Below are positions 152,220-166,250 of a stretch of 248,000 nucleotides of DNA, in pieces. The stretch is from the NCBI GenBank assembly GCA_029953675.1, contig JAMWBK010000001.1, forward strand, positions 1,260,001-1,508,000, given 5' to 3'. Source of the stretch: Rhodosorus marinus CCMP1338 (taxonomy: Eukaryota > Plantae > Rhodophyta). The position numbers and the translations under genes were made by a program. The stretch's first letter is position 1. Each line of letters starts with the position of its first letter. The notes below the pieces were generated by a model. It did no database searches, had not been told where the DNA came from, and saw only the letters and a list, made by a program, of their open reading frames with translations.

Positions 152220-155190
152220 ACGCAGATCTCCTCGTATCCGATGCAGCCGCCACACGCTCAGCATACGTTGATCTCGCGATTATATGCCCTGTGGCAAGCG
152301 CCCATCTCACGGCTGCCGCCCGCCGCCAGGGAGCAGCTGCTTCGGCCCTTCGCCGCGTGAAGGCACGACGGTATGCTGAGAGTATGGCCAGTCTGCCTCG
152401 CGCTGAGGGTCGCTCCCACCGGTTCCAGCCTTTCATTGTGGAAAGCTTTGGTCACGTGGAGAAAGCGGGTTTGGAGTGGTTGCGGAAATGTTTCACTGAG
152501 CAACCTGTTGAATACTTGGAACTTTTGCGGCGTTTAAGTGTCTCTCTGTGGCGATATTCGAGCAGCATGCTTGCCGAGGCGCGCCATCGGCGCCCGGGTT
152601 TGCACGCTTCCCTACCTAGTTCAAATTCGGACGAGAATTTGAATTGCACCAGAGTGGCAGCGTTGGCTGAAGGCAGTCAACATCAGGTCAATCAACATGA
152701 ACCTGTCCCGGGACAGGCGAGGGCGGTTGCTTCTGCGCGGGACAGTACGACGTCGGGGAGCGGCAGGCCGGGCCAAAACGCGCCTCAGCGCTCGGGGACT
152801 CGAGGCAATGGTGGTGGTGACTGTGCGGCAACCGGTGTGGAGGAGACTGCAGCTGTGGACTTCCCTCTCTTGGACCAGCCCTCAGGTGGTCACCAGCCCC
152901 CGGCTACTTCGGGGGCACGTGGTGGCCGCAAGGGGGGTGCTTCGTACGCATCAGTCTTGCGGAAGGGCACCACTGCCACACGTACGGCGGCTATGCTCCG
153001 TTTCATACCATCTCGCGAGCCTCAGGATGGACCTGTGGAGACCACTCTCCAATTTCTGTGGGTGCGAAATGTCCGGCCCCAGACTACACGAGGACAGGTT
153101 CCGTCTATGCGAGACTTCCGGGACACTTTTGCGGAATCGTTAGGGTGCAGCCGGGGTGATTTCTTCTTCGCAAACTATGAGGGCCGCGATGTGCTGTTTT
153201 TGGTCTCCGCAACCGCCGCCAAGTACCTGGAGGCCTTGCTGGCGAAGCCTACCGAGCAGTGGCCTGAGACCGCCCGGTGGCTGCGCTGCAACCCGCAGGT
153301 GGTTTTGCACTTCGATTTTGACCGTTTCTCGGGCAATTTCCTGTCTCCGGGAGAAACGGCAGGGCTCTCTGAGCATGAGAGCAGCGTGAAGGCGGCAGCG
153401 ATCCATTGGCTACGGATTCAGCGCCTTGAGAGGATCTTGTTGGAGCGGTTCCGGTCGGGCCCTCGTCACCTGCGCATGGCGGTGTCCAGCTTCTTCGATC
153501 TGGAGAGGCGACTTGTGCTATCTTCGCGCTACAAGACAGAGCTGCAGCGGTTGAGGATTTTGGAGGGCTCTGCTTCCAGCACCACTTCCAGCGAGAGTGG
153601 TGAGGCAGGGGAGCAGACTGAGGGCATGGCGGTGGAGGACGCCCAGGTTACTTTGCTGAAGCCCGCGGGATCCGTTCCGCGAGCCTCGCGGAGTGGGCGG
153701 CTCACGACTTTGGTGCGGATAGGAGGTAAGAGCCCGAGGACCGACTCCCCCGGGTCTAAGGGGGAGAAGCACGATTAGCGCTCCAGGCACGGCTGCGAGG
153801 TCGCAGCCTATGGATCTACAGTCTTATGTCCTGAAGGAGGGTGGAGACTGGGGCATTTGGCGTACGCGCTTTCGGAGTTGGCCCCGGCGGTGGATTTCTT
153901 TGGAAGGAGGCTCGCTTCCCCTCCGTGTGGGCATTCCCCCTGTCGTCCTTCGTCGTGGAGACCTTCTAGTAGCTGGAACCATTCTCGATTTCATCTTCAC
154001 GAGCCTGGCTCGTAACATTCGGGACACAGTCATTTGGGTTTTTCTGGGGGTCATGCCGCGCCTGATTCTGGCCCCCATTCACACATCGGAGCGCAGATGG
154101 CGAGTACGAGACCGATTGGCCCTGTTCTTGAAGGGAGACCTCGAAGTACTACAGCGCAGCTATTTGGCGTCGTCAGCACCATCCGCCCGTCGGACTCGGC
154201 ATGGCACAGTGTCGCCCGTGCCGGCTCGAGTACAGAAATTGGTAGCAGTGGGCGATTTAAGTCGAGCGGCGCGGGTTTTGGAGGGCCAGGCGCCTGTCCT
154301 CCCCTACGATGATAGTCTCGCCCAGACGGTGTGGTCTTTGTTCCCTGAGTCCGACGTGGACTTGTCCCCTGAATTCCGAGGTATTCTTGGACCGTCCGGA
154401 GTTGGCCAGGTTTTGCATCGGTCTGACGCTCAGTGTGTCTGACCTGGAGGATTTGCTTCGTACCTCGCGTCGGGGACGCTGTCCCGGACCCTCTGGACTA
154501 AGAACAGAGCTATTGCAGGCCCTGAGCCAGCCTGGCCAGAGCGCGCTTTGTCAGGGATGTGAGAGCCGGATTGACGCTTGTGGCTACCACTTCCTGGGTT
154601 CCTGCGGACTTTTGAGAGGTCTCCGTACGAGGCGTCACACTCGCCTCAAGTACATCCTCAGCGAATTTTTGACTCGGATAGGGCATACGGTTGAGGTTGA
154701 GTCGGAACTGCGCCGATCAATCTCGGACTCTGCACCGCCCCGTTGTATAGCCGATCTCCTCGTCTCCGACGCTGCTGCCAGACGCTCAACATATGTGGAC
154801 CTTGCGATTACCTGCCCCGTGGCCAGCGCCCACCTCACCGCAGCCGCCCGCCGCCGGGGGGCCGCGGCTTCAGCCCTTCGAAGAGTTAAGGAACGACGGT
154901 ATGCTGAGAGCATGGCCAGTCTGCCTTGCGCTGAGGGTCGCTCTCACCGGTTCCAGCCATTCATTGTGGAAAGCTTTGGTCACGTGGATAAGTCGGGTTT
155001 AGAGTGGTTGCGGAAATGTTTTGCTGAGCATCCTACTGAATATTTGGCGCTCTTGAGGCGTTTAAGTGTCTCCCTTTGGCGATATTCCAGCGACATGCTT
155101 TCCGAGGCGCGCCATCGGCGCCTGGGGTTGCATGCTTCCCTCCCTAGTTATTAGTTCATCTTCACGCCTTGCGTAGCGCTTCAGGCTATG
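152220..155190 (+). mobile_element. Family A copy (5'-truncated, internal deletion ~154547) inserted in an older A 3' end
   Basis: Junction CCTAGT|TCAAATTCGG; RT core missing. Confidence 0.85.
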
Positions 155191-155944
155191 CTAGTAAAGT
155201 TCCTTTTAACGGTTTGCGTGGCGCTGTAGGCTATGCTAATAAAGCCAAGCCATTGAAGAAGACGAAAGCTGTTTAATCGGACTTATTCGTGCTTCCGCTC
155301 TAGCTCATCGCCTGGTACCTCTGGTCATTGAGTGCTTTGGGTTTATGGATTCCGTTAGTTCTCACTGGCTTCGGGAAGTGTTCCGCGAACGCCCTGATCG
155401 TCTATCCTCGTTGTTTACCAGTCTAAGTTTCTCGCTGTGGCGTCTGAACGCTGCTTTGATGTTGGAGGGGCGCGATCTTCGCCGCAGCTTATGTTGTTGT
155501 TTTTTTTCCCTCGGGTTTCATTCAGTCTCCTATTAAACAAATTCAGTAATTCCTCGGCCACCCACATAAACTTCCCCGTTTTCGCGGGTTTACTCACTTC
155601 TGGGTCGTCAACCGCAAAAAACCCCGGCCCACTTGGCACAACCTACAGTTGGCCGGGGTCACGACCGGTTGTAGCTCGAGTGAGAACTAGGGGGTGTGGA
155701 CATCTACCTCATCTTCGTGGGGCCATCTTGTACTTCGTAGACGATCTGTCCCAGCAAGGTTGCAGTCGCTTGGCGCTCTTCCGCGGAGGCGGAGGGGTGT
155801 TGAGAGTTAGAATGGGATGCACTGCCACAGGCGGGAAACCGAGCATGGATCAGTTCCTGTTGTAATCGGTGCGGGGATGGCAGATCTGAGGAGGCAGGTG
155901 GAATCACTCGCGGTAGCTTGAGGAGTGAGACCCATCTTTTGGCC

Positions 155945-157276
155945 TCCCATTGCGATTGGGGGGACTGGGCCTCTGCAATCGTGTTGTGGTCCAACCTGCA
156001 GCCGCAGTAGGGGCCTGGGGAACCGCACTTCCCACTTTGAGCAGCTTGGGTATCTCGAAGTTCCGCAATTTGATGGCGAGCCTCTCGCGGGGTGTCTTGC
156101 TTCCCAGCGTACCGGAAAGCGCCCAAGACTTGTTTCTGGAGCTCCAAACCGCCCTGAATTCCTGTACTAGTCTCCCCGAAACCGTTCAACCCCGTCTTCC
156201 TGACTGGCGAGCTGTATTTGACCGCTGTCGAGGCTCCGCCCCGGGGATTCGTCCTGCGCCTGAACCTGTTCTAGGGGAGATTGACCCAGTGGTTGCCGCA
156301 GAAGAAGAAGTTCCAGTTGATCCTCCTGATGATTCCCAGCGCGCTGGGAGCCGAGCTCAAGCACGCACGGATGCGCTGCAAAATATCCTTTCTTGGGACT
156401 TGCACCGTGCTGCATATGGCCGACTCCTCGCGCAGATGGTCTCATCTTCTCGCGCTCGCGCCCGCCTACGTAGTCTTGGAGGGGTTATTAGCTCTCAGTG
156501 GCTCATGACCGTACCAGCCTTTCCGCCACTCACACTGTCGGATTTCGAAGTGCGTACTTCACTGCGCTTATACCTCGGCTTACATCAGCCCCCTTGGCCG
156601 TACGAGATGGGTTCGTCGTGCCCTCTCTGCTCTCAGACTGAAGACAACGCAGATTTTGGCGCCCACCTGCTCGCTAGTTGCCCGGCGGTGAAATGTGCTC
156701 GAACCCGCCGCCACACACGGATCTTGAACCTGTTATACCGGGAACTTCGGCCTATAGTCCGGCAAGCCGGTCTGGAAATCGAACGTGAGAAACCTTTACC
156801 CGTCGCGGACTTTCAAAATGATGAACGCCGTGTAGCCGACCTGGTGATCACCTGTGACGACAGCCGCCGTACCACATACGTTGATCTTGCTGTTCCTAAC
156901 CCTCAAGCTAGTCGTTATCTCCCGGCTGCGGGGGAGCGCCGTGGATCTGCCGCCGCCAGCATGAGACGCCGCAAAGAGATCAAATACGCGGGGGCTTTGT
157001 CTTCCCCTGGTGTTCGTGCTTCGGCACTAGCACATCGCTTTGTACCCCTGATCATTGAGTGCTTTGGGTTCATGGACTCTGTTGGTTCTCGCTGGCTTCG
157101 GGAGTTGTTCCGCGAACGCCCTGACCGTCTTCAATCGTTGTTTACCCGCTTAAGTTTCCTGCTGTGGCGCATGAATGCCGCTTTGATGTTGGAGGCGCGA
157201 GTACTTCGCCGCGCTTAGTCTTTTTTTCCCCTCGGGGTTTTATTTTTCAGCCTCCGATTAAACCATTCGTTCGTTC
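155945..157276 (+). mobile_element. Family B 5'-truncated young copy
   Basis: Open 422-aa C-terminal ORF; (TTCG)n tail. Confidence 0.9.
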
Positions 157277-158515
157277 GTTCGTTCGATAACCGCCGCTTGC
157301 TGACCGCAAGTGTATGGCTCGTCACATTTCTTCGCACCTGACGCTGTTGGTGGTTGTCCGTCTGGCAAGGCCCCTTCTTTGAAAACGCCGAGTGCTGATT
157401 CTGAGAAACGTATGCCATGAGCGCGTCAGGTGGCGACTCGCAGAGTATCCACACGGCGAAGCCTTTACGAACGACATGGATTGGATTAGTTTGGACTTGT
157501 TGTTGTAAATTGGCGTGCGCAAGCCACTAGCAACACATAAGCCCCTTCAAAAAAGAAGAATAAACAGCAGAGTCTCGCGGCTGGTTTTGAAATTCAAAAG
157601 AGACCGCGGCTGAGAAATGACCCTGGCCAATGGAAAACCCGTTTGAAGTCACATGTGCAGCCCTTTGGTGTGGTTCTACACGAACCATTCTGGCGTTAGG
157701 AGTTTGGCCTGTGTCATGATTCATCTAGGATTGCCAGTGTTTGATGATCGTGCACACGAAACTTCTTGAAAAAAACAACGAGACGAGCCCTCATCAAACG
157801 GCATCAACTCTCTTTCCATCAAGGTATTGCAAAATGCAAAGATCGGCTGATGTTGTCGAACCCTCCCCCGGGCAACGGCAGCGAAGCACATTCGACGATA
157901 AAATTCGATGCTCGTGGTTGAGGGCGGTTCTTGCCTTTTCATCTACCGTAGTCGTAGAATCGCCAGCAACAATCTTGTTGATCCCCGAGCAGATGGCTAG
158001 AACTGATGAATGCTGAAGTTGGGTTTTGGGTGGCTCTCTTTCCACCTGACGAAAACAAGGACCGTAGCGATTGTATCCCTCAGCCATTTCAACCAGCGCG
158101 TTTGCGTGTTCTGTTTTTTCGTTCGCACCATCTGCTTTCGGTGGTTTGACGAGCGCAACTATGAGCAAATCTCTTACATTCTTGTTTCCCAAGAGAAACG
158201 GCCACCTGCCTTCTGGTAAGATGTGGAGCTAGAACATAGTTGTTGATGAAGTTGACATCGAGGGTAGCCAACTTGACTCTGGTTGATTGGTGGAGTTAGC
158301 TGTTGGCGGTAGTAGTTTTACTAGTTCGCCCTCGTCGTGGCTACCGTCGTTCTCGTTCCATCCCTCATGCTTTCGAAGCAGTTGAGCAAAGCGATAAAAG
158401 GAGTCAAGTGGGAGTTTACGATATCTTCAACCGTGCGAATGATCGGCAATGTGAAAAGGAGGTGTAGGAAAATATACATGGTCCAGACGGAAGCTGACGA
158501 GGAAATTGAGAGGCA

Positions 158516-159029
158516 ATGAAGGTGCTTGCGAGGGTGTTGTTTGTTTTGCTGTCACTGGCGGCGTACTCACTCGCTTCGCCTGTGATGAAATCGCACTTTG
158601 AAGCTGTTGAGGTCGCTGAGGTCGCTCGGCCGGTTGTTCTGGGGCTAGACTGTCTTGAGAGCTGTATTGACAACTGCGACTATATGTACACAAAATACAG
158701 TTCGTCGTGGTTCGTTTGTAAGAGAACCTGTAAGAACCTGTGTGGATCGTTTACCACCAAGCCGGATCCCACTCACGGTACCGACGACGATGGCGATGAT
158801 GATTCCGAGAACTTTCTCGAGCTCGCCTAATGATAAAGTCGAGTTAGGCACTTCCGGGTATGATTGTCTGGGGAGATGCGTCAAGGGCTGCGACGAAGAA
158901 TATGCCAAATATAGTTCATCATGGTTCGTATGTAAAAAGTCATGCAAGAACGTGTGCGGGTCGCTCAGGACGCCTCCGGATCCGACGCATGGCGATGATG
159001 GGGATGGCGAAACATTGTGGTCTGGTTAG
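158516..159029 (+). pseudogene. Frameshifted copy of the tandem CX3CX3C secreted peptide gene
   Basis: Indels near 158822-158848 split the two domains relative to 176463-176978. Confidence 0.75.
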
Positions 159030-160735
159030 CAGTAGTTTTGGTATGGCTTTCTAGAGCTCAGTTTATCGGGGAATGGTCAAGTTGTGGGGCTCTTCGCTCT
159101 CTGAGTAAGCTCATTGTGTCTAGATAAATCGATCCATGGCCAACGTCAAACCCGGTCTTTGCAAAATGAGCAAGCAACCGTGGTCATCCGACCACCAATG
159201 CGCCGAGGGCATCACCATATTTGGCTCGTTTCCCCGCTTCAGCATTGGCAGCGATATAGCCAGTTTGACAGACGGGGAGAGCGATCAGATGGGCGCGTAT
159301 ATGGGGACTCCCGCTTAACAAATTCATTCAACATCAAGAACACTCTGCATCCGGTACGATGATGACGAGCAACAATGTCTCGTCGGATACGGTTACCCGT
159401 AAAAAAGCTGGCTCAACCGAACCTCATGAATGAAACCACCATGAATGAGCCACCGCCATAAGTGATGCGCCAGGTCATCACAAATGAGACTATGACTCAA
159501 AGTCTAACTCCCGGCCGAAGTTGGGCGTTGGAATAAGCGTTGAATCCCATGTGGAAAGCCACCAATATTTGAGCTATCGGGAGGGGATGCCATCGGGAAT
159601 CGCAGTTGAGTTCCAATTCGAGGCTGCACGGTGTTCTGAGAAGCGGGAACAAGACGCTAATGACGCTACAACAAAAAGTAGCATTGGAACGCCAGAGTCT
159701 AAAGGACTACTCCGTGAGGGGGTTAGTCGTGTTGTGCCTGGTGTTCACAATCTCGCCCTATGGCAATACATTATGTTTCCGCAGTTGGTTCGGACAACTC
159801 CTCTGCCCTCCAGCTTCCTGCAAGAGAGATTCAATGTACGATGCTTAAATTCCGAACAATCAGCAGGAGCGATGAGTACATCCTACGAAGAAGACTGGAG
159901 GAGAGCCGTGGCGGAGGAGCTTAGCTCGTTAAGATCAAACAATACGAGGAGCTCATCAACAGTTGTTTGACTCGGGTAGGGCATACGGTTGAGGTGGAAT
160001 CGGAACTACCCTGATCGTTCTCGGATAGGGCACCGCCGCGCTGTATCGCAGATCTCCTTGTCTCCGATGCTGCCGCCAGACGCTCAGTTTATGTTGACCT
160101 CGCGATTACATGCCCTATGGCAAGCGCCCATCTCACGGCCGCCGTTCGCCGCCGGGGAGCAGCTGCTTCGGCCCTTCGCCGAGTGAAAGAACGACGGTAT
160201 GCTGAGAGTATGGCCAGTCTGCCTCGCGCTGAGGGTCGCTCCCGCCGGTTCCAGCCTTTCATTGTGGAAAGCTTTGGTCACGTGGAGAAGTCGGGTTTAG
160301 AGTGGTTGCGGAAATGTTTCACTGAGCATCCTGTTGAAATACTTGGAACTTTTGCGGCGTTTAAGTGTCTCTCTGTGGCGATATTCGAGCAGCATGCTTG
160401 CCGAGGCGCGCCATCGGCGCCTGGTTTTGCACGCTTCCCTACCTAGTTCTTAGTTCCTTTTCACGGTTTGCGTAGCGTTTCAGGCTATGTAGTAAAGCCC
160501 ATCAACAGTTCAGAAGTATCGATTGGGAAGAAAATTTTGCAGTCAAGCACCGTGCTGCAAGGGAAGCGAGCTCTAGACGGCTTTTTTCAACGCTTCAAAG
160601 TGAGAATAGTTGCGAAGGGTTTCACGCAACGAGGAGGTATCGATTACGAGGAACTTTCTCCCCATGGTCGATTCCTGTGGCTGCTGCATGTATAGCTCCT
160701 TTTTCAGAACTCCATTTAGACAAGCAATCTTAACA

Positions 160736-163700
160736 CGGGAGGCTATGCTAGTAAGGAGTTGTTGTCGAGGATTGGGGTTTTGTTTCTTTTTCGGTCGCGA
160801 GCGTGTTCGTTTACGGGAAGCGCTTCCTCTGGTACGCCTTCCCCTCGATTTTCCGCGGGGCGTCGTTTGCATTTGCAACCACTTCTGTCTTCCGGGTGGG
160901 TGTGTTGCGGGGCCTTTCCTATTTGGGTTGGGTTTGGTCGATTATTCTCTCGGTGCGGTTTCATATTGGTGGTGCAACGTTTCCTTTGCGGATTCCCTCA
161001 GGATGGTAGGGATATCTCGGCGCTCGACGGAGCCTCCTCCCAAGGAGGCACTGCCAGGTGGGGGACTCCGTGTTCGCCTCAGCTGCGGCACGTTTTCTTC
161101 CGAGGCTGACTTGGAAGGCGCTTCTGGCACCCAGGCGCGTGCACTTATCTCCGCTGTCACCAGCCTGATCACGGCTGCGAGTGATCGTGGAGTGCTCCCT
161201 CAGCTCACCAAGAAGCTAGGTGGGCTGGAATCGGGATTGCTGGCCAGGTCAAATTCAAATTCGGACGAGAATTTGAATTGCCCCAGAGTGGCAGGATTGG
161301 CTGAAGGCAGTCAACATCAGGTCAATCAACATGAACCTGTCCCGGGACAGGCGAGGGCTGTTGCTTCTGCGCGGGACAGTACGACGTTGGGGAGCGGCAG
161401 GCCGGGCCAAAACGCGCTTCAGCGCTCGGGGACTCGAGGCAATGGTGGTGGTGACTGTGCGGCAACCGGTGTGGAGGAGACTGCAGCTGTGGACTTCCCT
161501 CTCTTGGACCAGCCCTCAGGTGGTCACCAGCTCCCGGCTACTTCGGGGGCACGTGGTGGCCGCAAGGGGGGTGCTTCGTACGCATCAGTCTTGCGGAAGG
161601 GCACCACTGCCACACGTACGGCGGCTATGCTCCGTTTCATACCATCTCGCGAGCCTCAGGATGGACCTGTGGAGACCACTCTCCAATTTCTGTGGGTGCG
161701 AAATGTCCGGCCCCAGACTACACGAGGACAGGTTCCGTCTATGCGAGACTTCCGGGACACTTTTGCGGAATCGTTAGGGTGCAGCCGGGGTGATTTCTTC
161801 TTCGCAAACTATGAGGGCCGCGATGTGCTGTTTTTGGTCTCCGCAACCGCCGCCAAGTACCTGGAGGCCTTGCTGGCGAAGCCTACCGAGCAGTGGCCTG
161901 AGACCGCCCGGTGGCTGCGCTGCAACCCGCAGGTGGTTTTGCACTTCGATTTTGACCGTTTCTCGGGCAATTTCCTGTCTCCGGGAGAAACGGCAGGGCT
162001 CTCTGAGCATGAGAGCAGCGTGAAGGCGGCAGCGATCCATTGGCTACGGATTCAGCGCCTTGAGAGGATCTTGTTGGAGCGGTTCCGGTCGGGCCCTCGT
162101 CACCTGCGCATGGCGGTTTCCAGTTTCTTCGATCTGGAGAGGCGACTTGTGCTGACTTCGCGCTACAAGACAGAGCTGCAGCGGGTGGGTATTTTGGAGG
162201 GCTCTGCTTCCAGCACTACTTCCAGCGAGAGTGGTGAGGAAGGGGAGCAGACTGAGGGCATGGCGGTGGAGGACGCCCAGGTTACTTTGCTGAAGCCCGC
162301 GGGATCCGTTCCGCGAGCCTCGCGGAGTGGGCGGCTCACGACTTTGGTGCGGATAGGAGGTAAGAGAGCGAGGACCGACTCCCCCGGGTCTAAGGAGGAG
162401 AAGCACGATTAGCGCTCCAGGCACGGCTGCGAGGTCGCAGCCTATGGATCTACAGTCTTATGTCCTGAAGGAGGGCGGAGACTGGGGCATTTGGCGTACG
162501 CGTTTTCGGAGTTGGCTCCGGCGGTGGATTTCTTTGGAAGGAGGCTCGCTTCCCCTCCGTGGGGGCATTCCCCCTGTCGTCCTTCCTCGTGGAGACCTTC
162601 TAGTAGCTGGAACCATTCTCGATTTCATCTTCACGAGCCTGGCTCGCAACATTCGGGACACAGTCATTTGGGTTTTTCTGGGGGTCATGCCGCGCCTGAT
162701 TCTGGCCCCCATTCACACATCGGAGCGCAGATGGCGAGTACGAGACCGACTGGCCCTGTTCTTGAAGGGAGACCTCGAAGTACTACAGCGCAGCTATTTG
162801 GCGTCGTCAGCACCATCCGCCCGTCGGACTCGGCATGGCACAGTGTCGCCCGTGCCGGTTCGAGTACAGAAATTGGTAGCAGTGGGCGATTTAAGTCGAG
162901 CGGCGCGGGTTTTGGAGGGCCAGGCGCCTGTCCTCCCCTACGATGATAGTCTCGCCCAGACGGTGTGGTCTTTGTTCCCTGAGTCCGACGTGGACTTGTC
163001 CCCTGAATTCGAGGTGTTCTTGGACCGTCCGGAGTTGGCCAGGTTTCGCATCGATCTGACGCTCAGTGAGTCTGACCTGGAGGATTTGCTTCGTACCTCG
163101 CGTCGGGGACGCTGTCCCGGACCCTCCGGACTAAGAACAGAGCTATTCCAGGCCCTGAGCCAGCCTGGCAAGAGCGCGCTTCTGAGGATCCTTAACAAGT
163201 TGTTCCAGGGCGTATCGGGTGCGTCTGCGCCATGGGAACATCTCCGGCAGGCACAGCTTTGCTTGCTCACGAAACCTGACCACCAGCCGGCCCACCCGCG
163301 TCTCCGGCCGATCGGGATGGTGGAGAGCCTACGGAAGTTAGCCGGGAGGTGGCTATGCCAGCGCCTTCGTCAGCGCGTCACAACTTTTATGGCGCCTTTG
163401 CAAGTAGGGGTGGGATTCTCTGGGGGTTGTGAACTGATCACCCATGGGATCGAGCTAGAACGCGCCAGTAGGCCGGAGTGGGGAGTCTTGGTGGTTGATT
163501 TCCGGAACGCATTCAACAGCGTGTCGCGGACGCATGCGCTAGAGGTGCTCCGACGGGTGTTTCCGGAGGCGTGGCCGTTTCTATCGGGTATTTACGGAGG
163601 GGAGAGCCTCCCCTACTTGACACCGGAGGGCACTATTTTTCAAGCACATACTGGCGTCCAACAAGGCAACCCTTGCGGACCTCTTCTTCATGCCTGTGCC

Positions 163701-165561
163701 CTACAGCTCGTACTTTTACGTCTTTCGACTGAGGTCTCGGATCTTCGAATCTGCGCGTACCACGATGACGTAACATTGCTGGGCACCCTTGACACCCTGG
163801 CTAGGGGACTGACCGCGATCGAAGCGATTGCACGTCGCGTCGGTTTGACTGTGGAAACAGAAAAATGTCGCTTTCTCCCCCCGAGGGACGTGTCGCTGAA
163901 CTCTCTGCCACCCACTCTGCGACTAATCAGCGAACGTGAAGGGTTCGAACACCACGGCGTCGGATTGGGGACTGACAACTTTGTCCAAGCATCCTGCGAG
164001 CGAGTTTTGGCACGGCACAAGCAACTCACCGACGCCATTGAGCACCTACCCGACAGCATGCTGCAATCGGCCTGCTTGCTTTCCCGCTTTTGTGCCGGTC
164101 CCAGACTCAACTACTGGTTGCGCAGCCTGCCTCCAGCTTGGGGCTCGTGGATCGCGGCTAAAGCCGACGAAATGACCCTGCAACACTGGGGAACGCTCTT
164201 GGATGAGCCCATCGATCTTGAAGCTGCTCCCGACAGGGACTTTATCCGTGCACAGATCGCTCTACCGTTGCGATTAGGGATTCGGCGTCGCAGACCGTGG
164301 GCTGGTATGCTCGCCAGCGGCGGTTGCCTCCTGGGCTACCGCGCTGCGAACGTTGGTGACCTTCCAGATGCGAAGTGCCTGCCTCTTGGCTCGAGCTTTG
164401 ACCAACGAGGATCCAGTGACCCTGCCGCCCCCGCTTTTGACAATTTATGATGGTCTTCAACACGCGTTCAGGAGGTGCAACGCCGTGCCGGACGCAAATC
164501 GGTCCCGCTTTCGTTCCTGGAGGGAGCTGTTATGGGGACGAGCTGAAGCGATTGAGGATTGTCCCCTCGACCGAGTTCTTGCCGATGACGGAGAGGCTAG
164601 CCCCGGGTCCCCTGTTGCAGACTACCCGGGTTTGAGCCGATTGTGGAGCTCCCGCACTGATGTGATTCAACATAGCCTCACCTGGGGCCAACACAGTGCC
164701 GCTCACACAGTCATGCTCAATTCTCCTCTCACGCCGCCTACCACTGCCGCTCGTCTCCGCGGCATGGGAGGCCACCTCTCGCACTTGTGGTTAACCATTC
164801 TACCGTCGTCATTGAGTCATCGTCTCGATGCTTTCCAGTTCCGTTCTGCCGCACGGATCTATCTCGGTTTGCCACAGGCTCCGTGGCACTCTAATCGGCC
164901 GTCTTTCTCTCAGGGATGTGAGAGCCGGATTGACGCTTGTGGCTACCACTTCCTGGGTTCCTGCGGACTGTTGCGAGGTCTCCGTACGAGGCGTCACACT
165001 CGCCTCAAGTACATCCTCAGCGAACTTTTGACTCGGATAGGGCATACGGTTGAGGTTGAGTCGGAACTGCCCAGATCAATCTCGGACTCTGCACCGCCCC
165101 GTTGTATAGCCGATCTCCTCGTCTCTGACGCTGCTGCCAGACGCTCAACATATGTGGACCTTGCGATTACCTGCCCCGTGGCCAGCGCCCACCTCACCGC
165201 AGCCGCCCGCCGCCGGGGGGCCGCGGCTTCAGCCATTCGAAGAGTTAAGGAACGACGGTATGCTGAGAGCATGGCCAGTCTGCCTTGCGCTGAGGGTCGC
165301 TCTCACCGGTTCCAGCCATTCATTGTGGAAAGCTTTGGTCACGTGGATAAGTCGGGTTTAGAGTGGTTGCGGAAATGTTTTGCTGAGCATCCTACTGAAT
165401 ATTTGGCGCTCTTGAGGCGTTTAAGTGTCTCCCTTTGGCGATATTCCAGCGACATGCTTTCCGAGGCGCGCCATCGGCGCCTGGGGTTGCATACTTCCCT
165501 CCCTAGTTATTAGTTCATCTTCACGCCTTGCGTAGCGCTTCAGGCTATGCTAGTAAAGTCC
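160736..165561 (+). mobile_element. Full-length family A copy (1-bp frameshift ~164280)
   Basis: TSD ATCTTAACA; empty site present in the duplicate at ~178130. Confidence 0.92.
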
Positions 165562-166250
165562 ATCTTAACATTAGCCTGCTCGATATTTCCGGATCATCCT
165601 GAGGGCTAACGTTGTAAAAGGGCCATAGGGGCACGTTAGCCCTAGGGATGATCCGGCAAGTCCTATGTAGGTTTCGATGAATGGTTTCGATAGGGAGGGC
165701 GATAATAAAAATCATTCGAGGGGTAAAAAAATTCATTCCAGGGGTACCCTCGATGCTGTGCATGAATGCCGCTTTGACGTTGGAGGCGCGAGTTCTTCGC
165801 CGCACTTAGTCTTTTTTTCCCCTCGGGGGTGTTTCTTTCAGCCTCGGATTAAACCATTCGTTCGATGCTGAAGCATTTCGACAGGGGCCATAGGGCGAAG
165901 TTTAGTGGTTTTTAATTGCCCTATGCAGTAGATTTATTAATTCATGCCTATGGATCCGTAGCGTACGAACGCTGCTTTGATGTTGTGGAGGCGCGCGATC
166001 TTCGCGGCGCATAGTCTTTTTTTTCCCTCGGGGTTTTTTCTTTAGTCTCCGATTAAACAAATTCAGTCATGGTAGTGCAACTAGACCAGGTCGGATCCCA
166101 GACCCAACAAAAAAAGCCCTGTGGCTCCACAGATATCTCCGTGAACAACCAGAGGTATATTGTAGCTGGCGCAAGGCAGGCTGCTGAGTACGCGGGTCCA
166201 CTTGTCCGCTAAAAACATAGTATGCTGTATCGGAGCTGAGGTAAAAGCTT

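Noticed and set aside
152291-153778. 495-aa RLE-ORF1 fusion
   Set aside because: Junction of nested family A copies
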